Part shown: piece by piece, positions 37,761-49,600 of the stretch
Layout of the letters: each line of letters opens with the position of its first letter
Position numbering within the stretch: the first letter of the stretch is position 1
NCBI GenBank assembly: GCA_030141605.1
Contig: JAQGDQ010000807.1
Span: 1 to 64,000 of the forward strand
Origin: Tubiluchus corallicola
Taxonomy: Eukaryota > Animalia > Priapulida
Direction of reading: 5' to 3'
Length of the DNA: 64,000 nucleotides
Made by a program: the position numbers and the translations under genes
Notes under the pieces: generated by a model
The model's database searches: none
Told to the model about the DNA's origin: nothing
What the model saw: the letters and a program-made list of their open reading frames with translations, nothing else

Positions 37761-38352
37761 AAATGAATGATTTGATGTTACGTCACCGGGCGGATCATAG
37801 ATGTGCAAGCCTTCTCCACTCGCAGCCTCAAAAACTTCTACACTGATTTTTGGCACAAAAACTTGATGTACTATTTCACTAAATGGATTATAATTTACTC
37901 GTGCAATAGGCTTACTATTATGGTCGTCTGGTACCGAGCTCGAAGAGTTGTAAAGTGGATCCGAGACTTCTGTGAAGGCAGATAAAATATGCTTATACGT
38001 AACATGTTTGCCTGGAACATAATGGAATAAAATTTCAAATGGTATACAATGATACACAATCCAGTAAATCTACAAACAAATCCAGCAAAAACTTGTAACT
38101 TGCATCACGTTTAAGAAACTGAAACACAAGTTTAGATTTGCTAGTAAAATTACATTTTCTACAAATTACAAGATCACATCTCCAAACTACAAATATACTT
38201 GCAAAAAACTTAAAAATCTTGAGTCAACCACCGCCACAAAAAAATTCCTCGAACAATACTGCATCAAGGTTAATAGTTCATACAGATTAAACAAACTTCA
38301 GAAATGTCTACAAGTACAAGTGTAACAATTCAAATTGTAAATTTTAATATAC

Positions 38353-38488
38353 CTGAAATTTTAGTATCATTCCCAAACCCATCTTGATCCACTTTGCCAA
38401 CAGTTTTGAACACAAGCATCATAAGTGAAAAGGATTATGACAACGCATGTTATCCATGCTGACTCATGACGTTCCCTAGCACAGCACA
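38353..38488 (-). other. Putative 5'-UTR exon of the GPCR (contains short uORFs)
   Basis: Acceptor TTATTTTTAG and donor CAG|GTATAT on the minus strand; next acceptors TGTTTCAG (38119) or TTTGTAG (38070). Confidence 0.35.
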
Positions 38489-41400
38489 CTAAAAATAAGT
38501 AATTAACGTATGATTACCTTCAGAAATCAAATGCACAAGTTGCCAACAGTATAATTATAGTTTGCTAATAATAGTTAACATCATTATACCACGCAAAATG
38601 CATTCCAGCTTTAATCTAACCTCTCACACCTACTTGCCTTAATTAAATACAGGCCTCATTTACTTAACTGCCTCTCACAATATGTAACACTCTTATGTCT
38701 CACTTTATCAGCTTATTCCAATGTCATAGCTTTTCCAGGGTACCATTTTGTTTCTTTTTTAAACAATCTAATCGTGCTGCTTGTTCACTTTTCTTTTAAT
38801 AAATGTTTTTAATATTGAAATGTGGTGTAATGAGTGTGTGGTAAAAATGGCACATATGTTATTTTGAATTTTTGATGTGATTGATTTTTATAATAAAACT
38901 AGCATGCACTCTGTAGGAAGCAGATCTCTAATCTTATTCATCTGTTTTTGTTGATTCAAAAAATTTAACCCAAAGATAAACAAGCAAACATACAAAAATC
39001 TACATGTATTGGTATTATGTAGACTAGACTAATGCACGAATATTCCGCATAATGTGTTTCAACCTTTTCGCATTAATTTTGGCGGTGGTAATAGACTAAC
39101 AAATATATACATACCAAGTCACCTTATAGGGCTATACATATTGATAAGTAAAGGTTATAGACAGTGTTATGAGTTTTACAAGCAAGATTCTCTTGAAATG
39201 GAACCTGGAACTAACTAGTTGTGTGTCCTGGTGGAGATAATAAAAAAAAGTACTAAACAATCCCTCTAAGATCTCCCTGAAGTGCTTCACCAACATTTTT
39301 TGTACTTGGTGTTCGGTCAAGTTTTGCAAAAAAGAACCAGCAACAAGATTCCCATTTTGGCATTCCCTATTCACCTTTGTTTGCAAAGTGTCTTGGAAAT
39401 CTGTTAGATACTTTTTGTGTAATAGGCTTACTGCCCTAACAGACAAATAACTGCCCTTACTGCCCTAACAGAAAGAAGCGTTTATCCCCCGTTTGCATAC
39501 GAAAGACAACAGGATTAGATTAAAAAAACTTTTTTTGTTATATAATGCTGAACTTTTAATTTTTTTTCTGATATGAATATGTTTATATTGTCAATTGAAT
39601 ACACATGCAACTTCCAATTGTAACAGTTTTATCTCCCTAATTAGCATTGTTAGTGCTTGAACATTTAATAATGTAATAGATTACATAAGTTTTAGGGTAC
39701 TTGCTTGACGTTAGTTAATATTTATACTGATAAATACCTTTATAAAGAATGTGAATAGCCTATTACTGTGCATGCCCGTTTTAATTTTTAATAATTATAA
39801 AATGTTTTTTCCTGGAGCTCTGCTGCTTTACATGTAACTCTAAGGAAATTGCACTACAGTGAACCATTGTCTGCATAATGGCAAAATTATTAGAATTTAA
39901 TTATTCAGTTAGAACATTTTTTACAAAATGCAAAATTCTAAAAGATTATTTTTGAAGTATCAAAGTGCTTTACTGCATTACTAAATGAGTATTCTAAACT
40001 CACAGTGAACAATACTTTTTTGACAGGGTCATTGGGTCAAAAACTCTTCAAACAAACACTTTACGTACAACATAATTAAATACATAATTACAGCAACAAG
40101 TAGTCCTTATGTTGGGGCAATAGGCATTTGAGGCGTTTAAGTGGTCGAAATAGTTCAGTAAGAAGTTTTGTAACTGTTTTTCGGCATTAAGGAAACAAAA
40201 TTTAGGTTTTACAAAATTCACAAACAGAAATTATTGCTTTCTAATCAGCGAATTAACTAGTTTTCATGAACTAGCTTTATACATTACACATTATAAGTCA
40301 CGGTCAATTCAAACCTTTAACCCCGAGGAATCTAAGAGAAAGTGAAGTAACTTGATGTTTTAACTAAATATAAAGTGGATTAATGTGACAATCGAACGTA
40401 ATTATACTTATTGCAGCCTTCAGTTAAATGCAAATTTGTAAAATGGCCTTTTTATTTTTGAATAGAAATGATGTATAAAACAATACAAAAATTTAATTGG
40501 AATACGGCAGTCATTGATTGTAGTACAACTTTGATAAGCAAAATAATAAAATAACTAATTAATATGGGACCTGGCTCACATAAAGATGCTTTAAAATGTT
40601 TACAACAACAAACAAAATAATGAACCAAGCAAGTAATAGTGGCACGTTATAATATTCATAGCATACCTGGCAACAGGTGCATGTAACACTTCAGCAACTC
40701 TTATAAATTGGACATACTGCATATCACATAAAGACTAAAAATTTTTGCTACGTTCGGCAAGTCAATAAATCACAACACAAACAAAAGAAAATTACAGTTA
40801 GTAGGTTATCACATTCACAACACTCTACAGAAAAAAATACTGGCTGGTAGGTCATGATATTACAACACTCTAAGAAATTCATAACGCACTAAGATTTAAA
40901 CTCTTGCTAACAGGCCTACTACACATCAAAATACCAAAGTTTTTTGTAACAATAAACAAAATATAAAGCAAACAAACTATTAATTGGTAGCTTATGCAAC
41001 ATACAGCACTATATCAAAGCTAACAATCTGCAAGACAATAAAAGGAGGCTAACTAATATTTACAGTGTAACTATTATATCACAAAGAAAAATGGTACCGA
41101 AGACAAACGGTACAGCTACAGGCTGTATAATGCCATATTACCATTTTCATGAAGTGGGCATGTACACCTTTTTAATGGTGTGCAGGGCACATGGTCAAAA
41201 ATTGTCGTATGTCGTAAAAATTGTCAAAATCTGTATGTTTTGTAAATGTCACAAAAAGCACGGATCCGTATTTGTTGCAAAAATAGCTACGAATATGCAT
41301 CCGTATTCGGCATCGCAGAAAAGATGAGTATGGATCCGTACCCCTAGCCACTGCCTTTTAATAATTCATGAATGTATGTTTGATAATACAATACTGTCAT

Positions 41401-42074
41401 GCAAGCATACTACTAAGCGCTGAGTGACCAGATGAACTACAGTCTTTCTCTACCTCATCTCCTTAGGCAAAGTATTTTGTGAAACGAAATATTTTTGATG
41501 TCATTGGAGAAAATAAACGTCTTTCTCCACTAATTAACATCATACTCAATTCATTTTCAATTTATTTGTCTTTGTCCCATACGGCTAGTTTATAGGTAAC
41601 TTCATACTGAACTTTGTCTGTCTATAGTAGCTGTCTTGAAGACTTTTGGGCCTATTTGCACCTAATTGTAAAATGTAGTGTGTAATTATGTAACACCTTT
41701 CAATAATATCACTGACCAAAATAGTAATATGCTGCTTACATTTCTTATTTGCATTGTACTTTTACTTTGTATACCTAAGACTTCAGCTGCCAAATAAAGA
41801 TTTTATCTATCTGTCTATTTCACGTTGATATAATAATATAAAAAGGTAACTTACGAGGAAAAGTTTCTGTGAATTTATAAAATTTATAATTGTGTGTACC
41901 TAGGTGCTGCTATCTACTAGTGGCATAAAAAATTAAAATCGAAGAAGGACCATAGAGCGTATTATCATTTCCACGAAGAAATACTTGTATTAATTAATCC
42001 TAAGACTGATCAGTTAACTTTAAATGATCCAATTCCGATTTCTCAGCATCGCATGTACTCAGTGAAATAATTAA

Positions 42075-42519
42075 ACCCCAGTTTAAACAATAGTATTACC
42101 TACATAATGTGTGTTTTACAGGACACACAAAGAATAAGAGGACACCCATTTAAACTGCTCAAAACAAGACTGCATGGAAGATGGAACAAAAAGAAAGATG
42201 TATTCTCCCATAGAGTAGTTAACTCCTATAATAACCTGCCTTCTTCTGTAGCCGAGTCTACCAGTTTAGCTCAGTTTAAGGCTCGTTTGGATAAACACTG
42301 GCAAAATCACCCAGAAAAATACATTGATCCTAATAGGCCATCTTGGGAGCAGCAAAGCTTAGCTATGACATGACTAGGGTCCTCCACTGGTGGTGTCTTC
42401 AGAAATTTTTAGTTTTCTTATAGTGCGCTCAGAAAAGTAGAGGGATCAATGGCATAATATTGCTAAATCCGCATCAGTTTTTATGGATTATGGATATAAT
42501 ACTATTGTTTAAACTGTGG
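42075..42519. mobile_element. TIR-bounded element containing a CR1 3'-end fragment
   Basis: CAGTTTAAACAATAGTATTA (42079) / TAATACTATTGTTTAAACTG (42497) inverted pair with TTAA on both flanks. The internal ORF RGHPFKL...FSHRVVNSYNNLP...FKARLDKHW is the CR1 C-terminal signature. Confidence 0.6.
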
Positions 42520-42919
42520 TTAAACTATCACTTTTCCAAATCTCCAATACATAAATTGAGAAAGTTGCACATAACAGGACACATAGCCACGTTAATATGA
42601 CTAGCATACAGACTGTAGCTGTAAAAATGTCAGACTTCAAAATTTATAAGAAAAAATAAAAATAACATTGTTTCACTAAAACTTGGACTTATTATAAACA
42701 ATCAATGCTCATCGACAAGCAGAAGTAAGGCTATTTCAAAAAAAGTATTGCAGAAACATTCTAAAGTGCTCATTGAAAATAATTTTTCCAAATGAAACTA
42801 TGCAAATGCTCTAATTTTCAACTAAGTCTAATCTTCAACTTTTATTAATTGGTCGCCAAAATTCTTGCAAAAAGTTGTTCTTATCAGTTCAAAATCCTAA
42901 TAATAAAATCCACCCTCTA

Positions 42920-43250
42920 TTGTCAGATGCCCATACTCATAGATATAGTGCTCGCCACCATTTGAAATACCCCTTACCCAGATGCAGAACAAGGAGATTC
43001 AAGAACAGTTTTATCTCATATGGCTTGTTTAATTTCCAGCCTTAAGTTTTGAGAGATTTAATTTTAATTTATTTCATTCATGCATCGTGTAACAGTGTAA
43101 TAGTGCTTGTCCCTGTATGTTCTATCTTGCTATTCTTTTTAATTTTTTTTTATATTATGCTGTACTGTAATTCAACTTTTTGGTTGTAATGATGATAAAT
43201 ATAACTTATAACTTATTATTATTACTATTGTTGTTGTTGTTATTATTATA
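42920..43250 (+). mobile_element. LINE 3'-end fragment with simple-repeat tail
   Basis: HRYSARH...LPRCRTRRFKNSFISYGL motif, AT-rich UTR, (ATT/GTT) tail. Confidence 0.5.
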
Positions 43251-43827
43251 AACAAAGTTAAAATGGCAAAAAATATCGAATCGGCTTTGCATGAATATAT
43301 TCATACATCACAATGTTATGTATGACTTATTTCTGTTAGTCCTAATAATTAAGTTAGTGAGCAATTTAACGGTTTCTTAAAGCAATTTATAAATCTTTCC
43401 AATCTTTCTTGCGCAGTATTATATTTCTATGTAATAAACTTTAAAGGTGAGTTTTAAAAAGGTGGGTGTCTTTAAGGGTCCAAATAGGTGCCAAAATGCA
43501 TAACACTGAGTAATTAAAAAACTAAACTACAGTAACAAGTGTCGCGAAACCTACAGGGTAGACACGTGGGACAGGAGCTCCGACAACTGTATGATTAAAT
43601 AACTTGGAATTGTTTAAGGGCAATCAAGATGGGAGCCAGACTGTGAAAATTATGGCACTAGTGAGTGAGTCAAAGGCTCAAGGATGCATGATATCATATC
43701 AGCCCTTATTTTCATTGTCATTCAACTCCCCCTATATGTTCGAGAAGCTTCGGAAGCATTTAGATATCGTGGGATTATAATCTACAACCACATTCTTACA
43801 GGTATAGTCATATGTAAACAAGGTCAA

Positions 43828-44235
43828 CCCAGACAGCATGCACACAGTATTGTCACCATACGGCCACGATCTTGACAAACATATGTTCAGAAAGCATTGT
43901 TGGTACAATATGCATATTTTTGTGCAAAGTTGGTACCATATTGGACAAATATTGTCGTCCAATATTAGAAACACGTGGTTTACACAATATTGTTAAAAAT
44001 ATTGGGAAGGATTTTACAATTTCCAACACAATTTAAATACCCTAACCCTAGCTCTAACCTTAACTCAAACCCTACCTTAACCTAACCCAAACCGTAATCC
44101 GCTTCACGAACACATAATTTCTTGTGTGTGGGGAATTGTGAACTTTAGCCAAATGTACAATGTTGTAGCAAGTCCACATGGTATCCATATCCATGGTATC
44201 CAAAAAATATTGTGACAACATTCATACTGCCTGGT
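43828..44235. mobile_element. Degenerate palindromic MITE with an internal CCCTAA-like repeat (44040-44095)
   Basis: Termini CCCAGACAGCA / TACTGCCTGG, loose internal inverted symmetry, central (CCCTAA)-like tract. Confidence 0.4.
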
Positions 44236-46602
44236 AAGGTGTTATACGCTCGCTGATTTGGATCCGAATTCATTCATTCTTGTTCTCAAACGCAAAGCTA
44301 AGTACAACTTTATTGTAAAAGATTGTGTGAATAGTCGGATTATGTAGTCCGTGATTTGCTTAGTTATTGTAACACAATTTTATTATAATTATACTTTTTG
44401 GCCGGTATACTTCTCACTTCATAATAGCCTCATCAATATGTGGTTAGGTTACATGATTCTATTGTAAATACGGCCGAGTAAGAGTTATTAAGGTGATGAA
44501 TACTGATTTTATTATTGGTGAAACAGACTGCCAATTTGATGCAAGGCAGAATTAATTAGGTTTACCAAAAAGGGTTTTAATCTACAATGTATTTTATTAG
44601 AGATGTGACACGTTGTTCCAAAAAAATCGTGAAAACCTAAGAATATTTTTTAAACTTTTTTTGAAGTTGAAGCACTCCATGAATGCCAGTTCTTTTTACA
44701 AAAATTAAGTCACCACGAGGAATCTTAAACATTGCGTAAGTATCCATATATACACTCTATATATTATATAATTATATATAAGGTGTCTCAAAAGTCACTA
44801 TACATTTTGATTTCGAATTTTTGTTGCAAATATTTTGTAATCTCAGCAAGCTCTTACATGAGTAAAAGAGGCATTTGAGAATTTTATTTTTTGTCTCGTA
44901 CCATGTTGCTATGACCGCGACAGTAATGTTAGAAATGAGGTGCAAAACCAGCCTGGCATTTCCCTTTATTAACCATGTATATTATGAGCAAAGTACAACC
45001 TTTTCCTCACTACTCATGAACTGTAAGATTTTCTCAATGCAAGATTGCCATTGGATTGCTTTCTGAGGCTCTGGAGGTCCCTGAAGGAAGTAACAAAAAT
45101 TGCAGTCTACTAAAACCATTACTTCCTTTCAAGTTTTTGTCCAATTTGACTAAAAGAATTGTCCAAAGTTTAGGTTCCTCTGTATCAATTTTCAAACATT
45201 TTGCTTTGGTTGGTAAAAAATAATAGAAAATGTAGTGTATAGTGATTTTCTGCGATATCCTGTATAAGTAACAGTTTATGCGAGTCAAATAATTAATTTT
45301 AAGCATTCGTTAAAATTAAATATGATTTATTTGTTTTAGTCAAACCCAAACTGATAATATGAGCAAAGACAAATAAAAACGTACAAAACTGGTAGTACTG
45401 TGTAGTATGGTATATCACTTGCATTGTCCTTTATTAAACAATACCAAAACCAGTTTTAATCGCTACTCTGTATTTACAACATAGAGCAATGAACTGAAAC
45501 AATAATAACAAAAACATTAAAGATGACTGTAGTAAACCCATAAAAAATTTCTTTAAAATCCAAGCTTTTCGATTTAAAATTCTTTATAAGGGTTCTCAGG
45601 ATCTATATTTTAGAATTTACATCACTAACGTAATCTAGATTGCCTGATAACTGCAGTATAGAGTAGATTTATACAAGACTTATGAATGGATAGTACCACA
45701 AACAGTCTTAAACAGGCTTACCCTATGCCGTAGTTGTCAAACAATCTAGATTACATTGATGTAATTTTCAAAACACTGAGCCCTAATTCTAAGAGTCATG
45801 AAAAAGGGTTTTTTAAATCTGAAAACCTGGCCTTAAAAAAATTATTGGTTTTACTACAGACTCTTGGTGATTTTGTTGTAATCAAACGGCTGCTAGAGAA
45901 ACAATGGCTGAATACACATATAGTTTTGAAAAGTATGAATTGAAAATTAAAAGAAAGCTGCTGTAAATAACCATCATTAGTAAAATGCCATCTGAAAAAG
46001 GCAAATAAAATGATCTAACTCATTAGAATTAGGCCAGTAGCCCAATGCCTGCCACCTATCAATCACAGATCACAGCCTATGAAGATAATTACAAACATGT
46101 GTACAGCAACAATAATTTAGTTTCAATTTTTGCAGAAAGACTTTTTACCGTACTAGTTCTTTCAGTTCTTGCTTATTACATAATTGCTTATTACTAACTT
46201 CATGGCTCACACCTTTGTATTCAAGACTAATATTTTAGTGTTTTGCTCTAAATTTACTATCGATTACGCTTTATAGTTAAATCAGTTATTAACACAGCAC
46301 TTCTCCAAATCACACTTATGAGCACAAAACAAAAATAAAACTAAAACCACTAAACTGCTTTTCCAATTTACTTTAATATACATTCTACTGTGGGTAAACT
46401 CATATCGGTCAATGAATAGCAGGTCCATAATGTATGAGTAGAAAAAATACCAGTTAAGAACAAATTTACAAAGATATCTTTGATTTAACAATAAGATTAC
46501 TGTTTAATGATGTACAAAAATTTTCAAGTTGGCTTTGTTTTGATAAGGAGGTGCTGTCAGTATGTGCCAGTATAAAAACTTGCACTAATCTGCTTCTGCT
46601 TC

Positions 46603-49600
46603 TTATATCTAAATAAAAAAAAACTTATTAAATTAATAACTGTTATTATAGGTAAAATACATTTAATTCTAGCAAAATGTTGTTTATTGGTTTTACAAAA
46701 ATACAATTTACTTTCTGAAACTTGAAATTCATTAGACAGGACAATTACACGTGGAAGATTAATACAACATGCATTCATTGATTAATTATCTCAAAAATGA
46801 ATGAAAAGAAATGAAATACATTAAGGCAGGAAAGTGACCACACATTTGAGACTAAAGGTAAAAGGTCGATGTTTTGAGATACAGCATCTATGTATATATG
46901 AACACTCGGCCATAAGTATCTGTTACCTCCTAGACATCTGTTATGTCAAAAACAAATGGTTGAAATAAATCAAATATGGCACAAAGACATTCCATGATTG
47001 CCTATGGCAACCATTACAAGTGAAAACAAAGGTCAAAGGTTGCAACATGCTGTCAGTTTCTCACTTATAAAGTTAAGACCAGGATATGTGGTCATCAACC
47101 CTTTATTATCTTAAAAACGAATAATCAAAACTCAACACAAATTTAGCGAAAATATTGTCCATGCACAAGCAGAACATGACTTCAAGTAGGCACAGTACAT
47201 TTTATGCGATTATTATGCGACTAGTTCAGAACAAAGATGCTCATGCATGCTAGTATGCATTCCATATAATCAATTTTATCCAATTACAGAAATCTTTGTT
47301 TTATTTAGAACAAAAGCTGAATAAAACTATTTCCACGACCTTTCAGAAAATGATAATACAAAAATGTATATGTTCCAAGTTATCAGTGCTTGCCAAAGGA
47401 ATCCCAGCAAAACGTTATCATGTATTAAAAATCACTTACGTCTTCAATATCTTCATCTCCGCTAACTTCATCAAACTCGATGTCGTCCTCATTTCCTTCC
47501 TCACCAAATGTGATCGTTTCGTTAATTTTGGCTAAAATAATAAACAAACTGATTATCTCGCATCTGTCTCTAATCGCATGTCAACGAAAACGTTTAAAAA
47601 ATTCTGCTTGCTGCCCGTACACTAAATTGAGACTGAACAAATACAGATTTAACAAAAGAACACAGGAAAATAGTTCAGGCAAAAAAGAAAAAAATATTAG
47701 TTGACCGTGTTAGTTGATTGTGCCCTGCGTCCAATACTCGATCCTATAATGACATGGTCACTGTATATCACAGGGGTCCCCAAAACTGGTTAGACCATTA
47801 ACCCCTTTATGGATTCCCCATTTTTCATCTACCCCAAGCATGTACAAAAAAATAAATATTAATAATAATTAAGTAGATGTGCGGTTTCCATATAAATTTG
47901 TGAGAAGAACTGCACACCAAACCCTGCTTTTTACACGCATCGATAAGGAAAACTACTTCAGCAAGTTATATTTTATGTATTTTAATTTCTGATACGAATA
48001 TCAGCTTTCGACCCCAAAACTACAAATGGCCCTGGCATTTTATCGACTCCTTGCTGGTCCCATCGACCCCCAGGGGTTGATATAGACCACTTTGGAGATT
48101 CCTGGTATAACATATAATCAGTGAAAAAGTTTGCTTATTTTTTCAGAAACTTTCATAAAAAGTAATCAAAACATATGTAGCACTAGATTGCAAATTGTTT
48201 TTACAAATAAGAACATTTTCTGATTACATGTAGTACGAAAGAGATATGACGGCCAAGTGATGTATCAACAGTTATACTTTCAGCATATACAATTAACTTT
48301 TTTTAGTTGGCTTTGTAAAAAAGTATGTATTCATTTAAATTTGGCAATTAATTAACTCCAATTGATCATGGTAGAATGAGATTAATTCAAAAGATACAGC
48401 AATTTAAAAGATTGATCCATGAAAAAATCTAAATGATCCCATATAGTTCGACACAGTTTGACATACTGTTAGAAATACACACGTACTCAAATAAAATAAA
48501 ACAAAAAATGACAGACTTGAATATTACTTTCATATAACAGTTAAATGTAATAAAATGCATTTATATCAACATACCTGTTTCGGGCAGTTCTCCATATGCT
48601 TTCAAATTCCTGGCCTCATCTGCATTATACTTGAGAATAACATCAGCCTTGGCATCTTGGTAGTCTCGCAACCCGATAAGGATAATGTCACCTTGATTTA
48701 TCCATACCTAATTGTAAAAGTTCACAATAAGATCTTTCATTTTAATGGGTAATCTTCCAACCAGTAAAAGTCACCATTGGATAATTACAGATGGCTATAC
48801 ATTATTTCAAACTGAGCTTTATAAGATAAATGCACATGAAAATTGTGTGGTCATTATCAGGCATTGAACTGTTACATCCAGTAAATTACATGACACTTTA
48901 ACTTACATTATTACATTGCAGTCACCAAAATATGCAACAAGCAGACAATCTTAAATTGACAGAAATGAACATGTTTTTACATTTTGGCATAAAAATGACA
49001 ATTTAGAAAATTCCTCCAATTTTACTGGACATTAATAAGCACCTTTTTTCTTAGCTTTCCTCTAATGTGACAGAGTCGTTTAGTTCCATCAAAACACATG
49101 GCTTCCAGTCTACCATTACCAAGCATCTTAACAACCTGCGCGTACTCTGCAAAACATCCTTACGTCACATTATATGGGATTTATTAATGAATGCTGACAC
49201 AGATCATGCATTCTGACACAATTATAAAAAACACAAGTCATTACTAATAAAATTCACACAAATCCTGGTCTTTTCTGAAGCACAACAATGGAATTCTCAA
49301 TATATCAAAGCTAAAAAACATGTAACTACATTTTAAAATGACAAGTTTACTCTTTAGTAGTGATAAAAACTTTTTTAGTTGACAAACGGTACCACATAAA
49401 CCATAACATTACCAAGATTTAGAAAGTTGGAATGGAAGGACTAAGGAATGGTATTACTGCCATCTGTAAACCAAATTTAGTACTTAGATACATACTAAAA
49501 CAAGTTTCATAATCAGGATATAGCCTACCTTGACCATCATCTTTGAACATCAGCTCCCTTTTTTCGGCATCATTTTCATTCTTTCCCCTCCTCCTATTTT

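Noticed and set aside
44040-44095. Interstitial telomere / chromosome fusion site
   Set aside because: Short, degenerate CCCTAA-like tract inside a palindromic MITE-like repeat.
46923-46937. Alternative eIF1A last exon (ATG TCT AGG AGG TAA after CAG)
   Set aside because: Weaker acceptor; the 46608 exon gives the canonical ...DI* end and 144 aa.
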